Translations under genes and position numbers: made by a program
The notes under the pieces: model-generated
What the model was told of the DNA's origin: nothing
Databases searched by the model: none
What the model saw: the letters and a program-made list of their open reading frames with translations, nothing else
Shown here: positions 8,892 through 18,900 of the stretch, one piece after another
How the letters are laid out: each line of letters starts with the position of its first letter
Numbering within the stretch: position 1 is the stretch's first letter
IMG/VR virus record: IMGVR_UViG_3300012933_000077
Coordinates: 1-51,962 of that record
DNA from: a virus
Lineage: Duplodnaviria > Caudoviricetes
Strand: one strand, 5' to 3'
DNA: 51,962 nucleotides

Positions 8892-9911
8892 TTATCCGAT
8901 CAACCAACCACCGAAATAACAGTAGTTAGTATTCCCATGTAATTGAGTTGTACCTTTTTGTGAGAACACACCAACAGAATCGCCGACGCTTAGTTGAACT
9001 GTTGAAAATGCCGTATCGACATAATAACCGCCAACGCCAGTTGACCCTGCAACATATGCAGCTCTTCGGCTACTGTATGTGAAATTTGAACCGTTTTTTC
9101 TCAACAATATACAATCAGTCATATCTGTACCAGCAGGCACACCCCCGAAGATAACAGACGTATAAAAATAGTACAGTCCCGCAACTTGGGCTGTGTATAA
9201 ACCAGTGGCTGTTGAATATGCGTTGTCTCTGACAAAATTAAATCCGCCAGTGTCATTGAATAAAATGTTAGCGTTAGCTGTTGGGTTGTATGAAACGTTT
9301 AAACCAGCTCTAAATGCAGGCTGATATGGTTTCGTAACTCTACCGCTCTTGTCAATTGTTAATGAATCTGTAAAAGATGTCCCGTTCCAAAAGCCAAAAC
9401 GGTGGCGTCCACCAGCACCTCTAGAATCCGAAGTGTATAGAACATCACCGCCCGTTGTTGTAACTGATCGACCGAACGCTTTAACACCGACGCCTTGTTC
9501 GCCGAGTAATGGACTAGCTTCAAGAGATGCTGATGAAAAATCAGAAGCTGAAGAGATACCATAGTTTGGTGTTTTCAGATAACCTGTAAGTGGTAATGCA
9601 CCAGTCGCTGTTAAATATCTAGTGTCAGATTCATTCTTTGTATAATGTCCAGTTACTTGAAATTGATAAAAACAAATAACGGTTAAATAATCTCCAGCGA
9701 CAGCAGCTTGAGTTAAAACTACTGTAGATCCATTAACAGCTGCATAGTCGTCAGCGTCAGCTAGTCGTAACCCGTTAAGATACACGTCGATGTCACCGAC
9801 TTGATATCCGCCAGGAATTGTAAACGTTGTCTGACCAGCGGTCGCGACAAAGTTAGTTCGTTCGGCTGTTTTAGAAGCCGCTGGGTTTTTACCAGCTACT
9901 AAGAGACCCAT
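8892..9911 (-). CDS. Tail fibre protein with C-terminal C1q/TNF-like domain
   Basis: PAFRAG...ILFN...YSTATGLYTAQVAGLYYF...VQLSVGDSV.V...YFGGWLIG. Confidence 0.8.
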   Translation of the reverse strand: MGLLVAGKNPAASKTAERTNFVATAGQTTFTIPGGYQVGDIDVYLNGLRLADADDYAAVNGSTVVLTQAAVAGDYLTVICFYQFQVTGHYTKNESDTRYLTATGALPLTGYLKTPNYGISSASDFSSASLEASPLLGEQGVGVKAFGRSVTTTGGDVLYTSDSRGAGGRHRFGFWNGTSFTDSLTIDKSGRVTKPYQPAFRAGLNVSYNPTANANILFNDTGGFNFVRDNAYSTATGLYTAQVAGLYYFYTSVIFGGVPAGTDMTDCILLRKNGSNFTYSSRRAAYVAGSTGVGGYYVDTAFSTVQLSVGDSVGVFSQKGTTQLHGNTNYCYFGGWLIG

Positions 9912-10228
9912 TAGTTCACCTCAAGTACTGAAACGATAGCGTCGACTGCACCAGATGATGTTAGTTTTAACAAATCGCCAGCTTGCATTACTAGCTTTTG
10001 GTCGCCGCCATATAAAATTAGAGAATCAGCTGCTGGGATTACTGCACCCTTGATAACGCTAACCACAGTAGCACCGCGAGTTAGAGACACATCAACTGAA
10101 GTGGATGCAGTTGTAGTGTTAGCGACAGATAGTCCAATTACAGCCGTTTGTGTCAAAGACGGGGCTGTGTGGATGGTAGTCTGTGTAGTTACACCAGCTG
10201 TTAGATAAGATTTAAAAGTATTTGCCAT
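9911..10228 (-). CDS. Conserved small virion-associated protein
   Basis: MANTFK...KLVMQAGDLLK...DAIVSVLE family, common in T4-like fibre regions. Confidence 0.65.
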   Translation of the reverse strand: MANTFKSYLTAGVTTQTTIHTAPSLTQTAVIGLSVANTTTASTSVDVSLTRGATVVSVIKGAVIPAADSLILYGGDQKLVMQAGDLLKLTSSGAVDAIVSVLEVN

Positions 10229-10233
10229 AGTAG

Positions 10234-10240
10234 TATTTAT
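10234..10240 (-). promoter_or_regulatory. T4-type late promoter (ATAAATA)
   Basis: ATAATAAATACTACTATG directly upstream of the start at 10228. Confidence 0.55.
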
Positions 10241-11454
10241 TATCCCAGTGCGATAGACATAGCGATTGAATTACCGCTGATTGCATCCAACGTTGTTTGA
10301 AGATCAGTAATGGAAGAAATAGAGTGTTGGTTAGCTGTATTTCTATCAGACAAAGCGTTGTGTGAAAACGTATCAAATGAATTTGATCTAGCGTTTTGTT
10401 TACCAACTAATTCTTTAACACCGACAATCTTCACACGAGCTGTGTTTTGAGTGTATGTGTCAGAAGTTTGTAGGATAAATTTATACATCGGTGCGATTTC
10501 TGGCATGGGTAATCCATAACCGTCAAAATCTTCACCTTCTGCATCACCGTATGTTGCGTGGGCGTTTCGACCCATGATCAACTTAATCGGAAATTTTATG
10601 TCGTTAGTTGCCACCAACCAGTATGTAATGAATAAACCGTTAGAAGGTGCTACAGCCAACGAACCGTTGTCCAACACGATCGGGTTATAGTAACCTCTTG
10701 TTGACGACTCCATCCATGGGAGAGTCGAAGCTGCAGCTTGTTTGTATACTGTACCGCTTAGATACAAGATAGGTAGGCTGGCACCGTTTAACAGAGTTTG
10801 TTCATATTGAGCCAATGGGTTAATTGACCCAGCATCAACGTGGGATATAGAGTGTTCAATATCTTCATCCCAAACAACGATCGGAGCTGTAAGGGAAACT
10901 TGAACTTGGTTGGCGTTGTTTATAGTGTAGCTGGCTGTACCGCCAGATTTCCACAAAGCTCCAACAGTGTTGTGTTGGAAATGGTGCCAAGTTGTATCAC
11001 GAGCTGATGTATGTCGCTCATCACCGAAAATAATAGCTGTATTCTCAAAAGCATCCCAGTAGATATACGCTACAACGATTTGATCGCTAAACGACGGAGA
11101 TGTTCCAACATCCAACAAACGGTTTTGAATATGATCGTAAATGATATATCGACCAACGTGTGTATCTGTGATTGTTACAGTTTTAGCTGCGTCAATAAGA
11201 TAAGGCACGCCTCTATGATATACAGTAAATGACGTATCAGTAGGCGCCAATGTTAGAACACGAGTTAGTTCGTTGAATGTCAGCGTACTATCAGTTCTGT
11301 TTGGGAAACCTGTTAAGTCCTTACCCAATTCAGCGTTGAGTGTAACCTGATTGTTGATATTGATAAAGTTCTGATCAATTTCAGCATTGGTTAACGGTGA
11401 ACCTTTTGTAGTCGCTTCAAGCGCATTGGTTACACGGGTGATAATTGAAGGCAT
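10240..11454 (-). CDS. Tail fibre-related structural protein
   Basis: N-terminal KGSPLTNAEIDQNF motif and C-terminal SIAMSIALG motif. Confidence 0.65.
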   Translation of the reverse strand: MPSIITRVTNALEATTKGSPLTNAEIDQNFININNQVTLNAELGKDLTGFPNRTDSTLTFNELTRVLTLAPTDTSFTVYHRGVPYLIDAAKTVTITDTHVGRYIIYDHIQNRLLDVGTSPSFSDQIVVAYIYWDAFENTAIIFGDERHTSARDTTWHHFQHNTVGALWKSGGTASYTINNANQVQVSLTAPIVVWDEDIEHSISHVDAGSINPLAQYEQTLLNGASLPILYLSGTVYKQAAASTLPWMESSTRGYYNPIVLDNGSLAVAPSNGLFITYWLVATNDIKFPIKLIMGRNAHATYGDAEGEDFDGYGLPMPEIAPMYKFILQTSDTYTQNTARVKIVGVKELVGKQNARSNSFDTFSHNALSDRNTANQHSISSITDLQTTLDAISGNSIAMSIALG

Positions 11455-11475
11455 TTGTTTTCTTTCCTAATAACC

Positions 11476-11483
11476 TATTTATA
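11476..11483 (-). promoter_or_regulatory. T4 late promoter (TATAAATA)
   Basis: Exact T4 late consensus at the gene boundary. Confidence 0.7.
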
Positions 11484-12699
11484 GTCCGATATGCGTCTTG
11501 ATTTTATTGATTTCAACTCTAAGCTCTTTAATACCTTCAACTAGAAGCGGAGCAAAGCGAGAGTAGTCAATAGTCAGATATTGTTCGTCGATAGGTGCTG
11601 GACTTACGATTTCAGGCATAACTTTCTGAGTTGACTGCGCAGATAAACCAACTTCACGTTTAGCTGTATAGCCTAGTTCTTGAGCCTTGGCGTTTGCCTC
11701 ATAGTAGAAGCCAGTCAAAGAGTCAATTTTGTCCAGAGCATTCTCAATGTTACCAAGACGAGTCTTCAGATTATCATCAGAGTAATACGCAGTAATGTTA
11801 CCAGTGGCAATAATCTCACCAGCGCCAGCCACAGCTGTTGTATTTACAGATAGTCCGTTGATATATGCTTTATTGAAACGGTGATCAGTTTGACCGATGT
11901 CTCCAGAGCCGTTTGTTCCAGTGTGAGAAATACTACTTACAGCTGGGTCAGCGTTCAACGAAATTGTTGGGTTTCCATCTTTACCGTTACCATTAGATAC
12001 TGATAATGAGTTACCTACTTTAATTTCTCGAACAACTGATGAGTTTGTATCAGTACGAATTACAAGACCGTTACCAGTAGTAGCAGAAACGCCAGAAAGA
12101 ATAGCAGCATACGCTTGCACATCTTGACCGATAACCAAACCAAGGTTAGAACGTGCACCGCTGGCATTAGAAGCGCCAGTGCCGCCGTCAGCAACTGTTA
12201 AATCAGTAATGCCAGTAATTGTACCACCAGTAATGTCAATTTCAGATTTGTTCTGAATAGCCATATTACCGCAACCAAGGTTAGAACGTGCAGTAGATGC
12301 GTTAACGGCACCAGTACCGCCGTGATCCAATTGAACCACACCTTCAACGTTCGTCGCATTACCAGCTAGTGATCCAGTTACAGCGCCTGTAAGGTTGCCA
12401 ATAACATCACCAACGTGTAGTCCATAAAATTGAACAGCGTAGATATGACCAAGACCATCACGCAGAGCGACCGTGTTAGGTAGAGCTGCAGTATTTGGAT
12501 ATTTACCGTGTACCTTATCAGCGTCCAAAGTAGAACCAGCGCCAGCGTTGTTGTTTAAAACGTTTAGAACGTTCGTTGCGTTAAAAGCAACTGCGTCCAA
12601 CTTAGTACCAACTTCACGGTTGATAGCGTCAAAGTTATGATCGACTTCTTGAATCGTTAGAGGACGTTCAATATTCGCCCATAGGTTAATAGCAGCCAT
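11479..12699 (-). CDS. Tail fibre protein with S74 chaperone domain
   Basis: GGTGA.NAS.ARSNLG fibre repeats (2 copies); YYSDDNLK...VGLSAQ...MPEIV...LTIDYSRFAPLLVEGIKEL. Confidence 0.85.
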   Translation of the reverse strand: MAAINLWANIERPLTIQEVDHNFDAINREVGTKLDAVAFNATNVLNVLNNNAGAGSTLDADKVHGKYPNTAALPNTVALRDGLGHIYAVQFYGLHVGDVIGNLTGAVTGSLAGNATNVEGVVQLDHGGTGAVNASTARSNLGCGNMAIQNKSEIDITGGTITGITDLTVADGGTGASNASGARSNLGLVIGQDVQAYAAILSGVSATTGNGLVIRTDTNSSVVREIKVGNSLSVSNGNGKDGNPTISLNADPAVSSISHTGTNGSGDIGQTDHRFNKAYINGLSVNTTAVAGAGEIIATGNITAYYSDDNLKTRLGNIENALDKIDSLTGFYYEANAKAQELGYTAKREVGLSAQSTQKVMPEIVSPAPIDEQYLTIDYSRFAPLLVEGIKELRVEINKIKTHIGL

Positions 12700-12947
12700 T
12701 AGTTACCTTTTTGTATTAGTTGAAGTAGCATATTCTTAATGCCATCTAAATCATCCTTAATGTTATTTATTTGGTCTTGTAAATGTACTACTGAGTCGTG
12801 TGTTACTCTCTGTTGATCAATGTTACGTCTGGCAAAAGCTCTTTGGCGCATATATGCTTCGTAGCCAGTTTTATCAATATTTACAACCCCTCCAGAGGAG
12901 GGGTCTTTCTTAAGGTTATTGTAACCTTCAACGCTTAACAAACTCAT
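12699..12947 (-). CDS. Small conserved coiled-coil protein next to the VrlC-like gene
   Basis: VEGY.NL.KD..SGGVVN.DK..Y..Y motif; coupled to both neighbours. Confidence 0.7.
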   Translation of the reverse strand: MSLLSVEGYNNLKKDPSSGGVVNIDKTGYEAYMRQRAFARRNIDQQRVTHDSVVHLQDQINNIKDDLDGIKNMLLQLIQKGN

Positions 12948-15900
12948 GATAGTGCCAATAGTCTCAAATTCTTAACTTTAGGAACGAACACTGGATCGTT
13001 AGACTTCATAACGATTTTGATTTGTACGTTATTAAACGACGCCAAATTAGTAATGTCGATAGTACGCTCAACAAACTTACCTTCTGGGTCAGTGCTCACT
13101 GAAACGAAGCCACTATCCTTGTAAGGTAACTTACGAAGATCAACTGTACCAGTCCAAGTACGGTAGAACACTTTGATAGAAGTATTGTTAACGATGTTAG
13201 CGTCAAATACAATCTTCAACAGTTCAGCAGCGTTAGTCAGAGATAGCGTACGAGTTATATAGTTAGCTGCGTTATGAGAACCAGTTGGAGCATAGTCATC
13301 AACATATTGTTCTAGAACTTTGATACTGAAATCAGCGTCATCGATCATGTCGATTGTGGCAGTAGTACCAAACGCACGATCCAATGTAACCTTAGTTGTA
13401 TCTAGTTCAGCGTTACCTGCATAAGTTGTTTTATCTTCAACAACGCTGATATCGCGAACAACGTAGCTACCGTCGATTAGAGGGTCAACACCAGAAATAA
13501 TCATAGTCTTACCGAAACCAGCAGAAGCTAATAGGTTATCAGCAGTATCAATATTTGTACGGATAACACCAACGCCGTTTACGTTTTCAAACACAAGGCT
13601 AGGTGTAGACTTGATATAGAAAGCTTCGTTGGTGACAGCGATAGCAGACGCACCAGTTAAAGTCAAACGGTTATTGATATAGTCAACAGACGAGTCCAGA
13701 GCCAACACAGTACCGATATAAGCGTTATCGCTAGTTCTGTATAGTTTGTTACCAGCGCCTGGGACGATCTGTGTAGAGAACGAAGTAGCCAAGTTACCCA
13801 TACCAACATAGATGCCAGTTCCTGGAGTACCGTATGTGTTAGAAGTGAACGTAGTAATGTTACCAGTACCAGTCAATTGTAGATCAGCTGCAGCTAGGTC
13901 GTCGAATGTCAACACATCGCGAGTGTCAATTTCAGGAACGTTGATAGTAGCAGAAGTCTTGTTATTGATCAAGTTTGAAATCGCATAAGCGGAAACTTGC
14001 TGCAAGTCAATAGCTGGCGACACGTTAGCGTTTGTAGAAGTCAACACAGCTTTAACTTGTAGAGACGACTTACGAACGTTAGATACAATACTTTGGTTCT
14101 CATACGATGCAATGTGCATACGTGTAGGGAAGTTGTAGTTTGTGTTAGCCACGAATGGTAGGAAATCAGTAAATGTTCCATCCAAACGCTCAGAAGAGAT
14201 GAAGTACTCAATCTTTGTATCTTGGAAGCTCAAATCAGAAGTCTTCAAGTACATAGTATCCATATTGATACTTCTAGAACAAGTAACACCTAGACCGCCA
14301 TACTCACCATTAATGAAGTCAGCGTTAGTACCGCTCAACAAATTAGTGTTTGTGGCAACGTCAACTGTAACTAGATCGATAACGAACGAGTCTTTATCCA
14401 AACCTAGACCATCAACGTGTACAGTGTGTACAGTATTCAACAAAGTGTGTGGAATACCTAGAGTTGTACTGTTGGCGCCGTAGAAGCCTTCTGGTAGATT
14501 ACCGATAACAACCTTCTCGCCAGCTTTGAAACCGTGGTTACGAGCAAACACGCGAATCAAGTTAGAACCATTAGTGATTTGGAACGGGTTAGCGCTCAAA
14601 GTCATTAGCTCTGGTGGGTTAGCACGGAACAATACTTCAGAAGAAGTACCAACGTCAAACGTAGCTTTGTTCAATGAGAACTTCATATCCAATAGAGGGT
14701 GAATTTCCCACTCTTTGGCGTTTTGAGAAGCATACAATGAACCAGTTAGAGGTTGACCAGCGATAGTGTTGTTAGTCAACATATCAACGCTACCCATTTC
14801 TGAAACATACACTTGAGTTCCTGGCTCATCAGTCATAACAACGAACGCATAAGTTTCGGAGTCTTGCAAATAGATTGGAGACTTGAATTTGAAAGTAGTT
14901 TTAGCAGAGCTGTCGTCAGACAAGTTCAACTCAGAAGCAGTTTTAGTAACTTGAGAGAATGGAACAACCTTAGACGATGGAATACCAAGGTCAGTGTTGC
15001 GAACTTCGATAGACACAGGGCGAGTACCCTTGGCTGCGAAGTACAAGTCGATAGACGAAATAAATGCGCCACCTTCAGAAGACACAGTGAATGTCTGAGC
15101 CAATGGATCATCATACCACACATAAACTGCACGCTTAGAAGATGTAGTTCTGTGTTGTAGTGGAGCAGTTGCAGTATCGTCTTGATATTGATAAGACTGT
15201 ACAAACTGAGCAGTACGAGTAGAAACGATAGTACGCTCGCGAGACAAGTTCACACCTTGAGAGTAGTACACGGCAGAACCAACAGAGTCAAACGCAGCAG
15301 TGCTGTTAGATTGGTTATCTGTTAGTTTGAAAGTACGCTCGCCAGTGCGGAAGCTCAATTCGTCAGTTTCTGGAATGTAGAATACGCATACAGCGGAACC
15401 TTCAGTGTCAGTAATGACACTGTCACCAGTAGCTTTCATAACAGGAACTGTAGAAGCTGAAGTTTGACCGTTGATAGAGTTAACAGTTACAGTGTTTCCA
15501 GCAGTAGAATTACCGATGATAACAGAACCAGTTAGAGTTTCACCGATAGAGAAACCGTTCTTAACGTTGACCAAGTTAATCTCTTGAGTCAAATCACTGA
15601 TAGAGTCAGCAGTAATTACTGGACCACCTAGAGCCACCACGCCAGAAGCCTTCAAGCGAAGCAACTTACCACGCTTACCTGTTTCATAAGAAGCAGTTAG
15701 ATATGGGCTGAAAGGTTGGATCAAAGAACCGTCGATATTACCCAGTGTTAGAGAGTAACCATTAACAGCAGTAACAACGAACTTCTTCAAGTTCAATTCT
15801 GCAGAAGAGTTCTCAATATCAAGGATACCATCAGAAGCGCCGATAACTTGGTTTTCGTGTAGGTCGTTTAGGTTCTCTTCATTGAACGCATTGTGGTTGT

Positions 15901-18900
15901 TCAAGTTGAATAGAATAACGTGGTGACCAACACGGATATTGCTAACGTCGCTCAGAGTTAGACTGAAAGTTGCGGCGGCAGTTGTTTCGATATTAGTGAT
16001 AGTTGTAATAGAAACTTCTTGGTGTTCCAAGTTAGTTAGAACATCACCGATAGCAAAAGCCTTTTCAACGCGACCTTGATATGCACGACGTTCGCTATCA
16101 GCCAACACGTTGTTGTTCATATCGTCCAAATCGAACGACATAGGGTTTTGACCAACACGAGTAACAACGAACTTGTCTGCAGGCTTACAGTAGTCAGCCA
16201 CAGAAACGTTATCGAAGAATGGCCAGAAACGAGTTGTATTCTTCAAGTTCTGTGCAATTACTGTAACAGGGCGAGCACGCATGTATGGGATATATGAAAT
16301 ATCAACAACACGGTCACCGTATGTTTGGGCGTTTACAGTTGAAGTTAAGTCTGTCTGGATACCATCGCGCCAGTTGAAACCAACTTGATCTTGGTAAGTT
16401 GTTTCATAGTCAGTGTGTTCTTTCCAAGAACCAGAAGCACGGCTTGTATCGAAACCAGTAACTTCAGAAGTGCTAATCATAGTTGGTGCACCAACTGAAG
16501 TCCAGTTAGTTTGCCATTCATTCCACTTAGTACCAGTAACTTTCAACTCAGCTGCTAGGAATTTGATAGCATCAAAGTTGTTGTTATCAACTGGGTTCAA
16601 GTCTGGTAGACGTGTTTCAGATTTCCAGTTATCACCTTCAGGGAACAAAGTAATTTGACCCTTGAACGCACCCATAGATACTGCGTGAATATCCATAGAA
16701 CGTGTAGCATAGTTGTTGAAGATATAAGAACCTTCAGTATATGGTAACGTGATTAGGTCGCCAGTCTTCTGGTATGTTTTATATGTACGATCAGCGCCAG
16801 TTGATAGTTGTTCAACCAAATCAAGAGATTCAGCATCGTGCATAGGACGTAACACACGGCTCTGTTCGTCGATGGAGATACGGTAGTCTTCATTCTTAAC
16901 GTCGCCGATACCGTGACCTGTAAATTGATCAACAATGAAACCGTTCTTGAAACGATCCAACTGAGTTGTCTCGTCGCGGATTTGCATAGTCTCAGTATCT
17001 TTTTCCAACAAACTTAGAGTTACATAGTATTCCAAGTTAGCAATACGGCGTTCCAATTTACCGATATCACGCATTGTATAACGACGGTTATCTCTTTGCG
17101 CAACGAAAATATCCTTAACGTTCTTAGTGTAAGGTGGAATAGAAACTGTAGCAAGAACCATACCCTCGATTGGGTCTTGTGGTTCTCTAGGATTAGAAGA
17201 AGGTACGCCAGCGATAACGTTGAACTTACCAACTGAGTCCAAAACAATCTTATCAATACGACCGACATAGTTAGCCACTGGGCTGCTGATGTCAGAACCG
17301 ATCATAGGAATTTCTGGATAGAAGTAGTTTGTGTTGCAAAGAACTGGACGGAAGTCAATAACGTCTGTCAAAGAAGTCGCAACTTTCTTACCTGTAGCTG
17401 AATCAGTTACAAAGTAAGATGGAATTTCTTCATAAGGAATACCAGAAGCTGTTGTATAAGAATCAACAGAGAAATAGTTTCCTGGCTGACCGCCAACGGC
17501 GAAATACTCATACTCAACCTTCACGGCACCGCTCGGTACTTGGTATCCTGGCTTCAATAGAATCTTACCGATTCCATAGTATGTAGAACGTTGACCATTG
17601 TCCAAAGTGTAACGGTCAGTGATGTCAACAGAATTGTTTTCATCATAAACGTCATAATCACCTGGGGTCATCTTGATACTGATCAACTTAAAGATGTCAG
17701 CGTGTAACAAGTCAATAGACGAGTTAGTCAACAACTTCTTACCAACAATAGCTGGCATTTCTGCAGTTGTTAGAACTTTAGTCTTTTCCTGAGCGGCAGT
17801 CACAACTTGGTTAACTGTAGCGATCAAATAGTAGTTACCGTTTACAACGTTTACAAAGTTTACGATTTTACGCAGAACGTCACCGTTGGCGTTTGTAGTA
17901 GTTTCCCAAGTGATACTTGCGTCAGTTCTACCGATGTTAACTGGCACGTTTGTGTCAGCGTTGATCAACAGGAAGTTATCCAAAGAGTCATCAGAAGAGA
18001 ATGATTCGTTTGAGTTTGGAACTTCAAAAGATACTTTGTTAATCTGTGTGTTCACAATACCGAATTGACGGCGGACTTGTACAGTGGTATCTTTCTTTGT
18101 GTCAGCGTTGTTGATAAAACCACGAAGAGTCTTAACATAACGCTTACCCACTGGGAACAATAGAGTTTCATATGACGGGTCGTGGATTGTAGCACTGAAA
18201 ATAGTGATACGACCACCAGCCACTGTAGCCAATGAGTTATCAACAAGGGTAATTTTCAAGTTGTTGAAGTTACCGTTTGTTGTGATGCTATCAACTACAC
18301 CGATCTTAACATCATTCAAGTAAATGATATCGCCTTCTTTAACGTTGCCGATAAAGTTAGTACCAACACCAGTGATTACCTTAGTGCTAGTATCTGACGA
18401 TGCAGAACCGATCAATTGGATGAAGTCTGGAGAAATGTTACAGCTGAAGTTTGAAGTTGCTAATTGACCAACGATAGACTTAACGTCTTGTTCAAAAGAG
18501 TAACCGCTGAACATGCTAATATCGAAAAGACCTAGCTTGTATTCAGTAGATGTTAGATTTTCAAAATCGCCATCGTGAAGTTGAATAGACTTAACACGGG
18601 CAGTACCAACAATCTTGCTAGCAACTGGAGCAGCGCCCACAGGAATTGCACGAGCAGTGTGGTTAGAATCTGTCCACAGAGCTCTAATTTCTGGAGCGTA
18701 TTCTGTAGTGTTGCTGTAGTTTGATCCACCGTTTGTGATTGTAATTGTTGGATTGATCTTACCGTTTGTGATTGTACAAGTAGCAGTTGCGCCAGTACCA
18801 GTAGATGTCAGAGGCTTAATCTCAATAAACGGAGCTGTAGTATAACCTTCGCCGCCGTCATCAACTACGATGCTAGTGATAACACCAGATGAAACGATTG

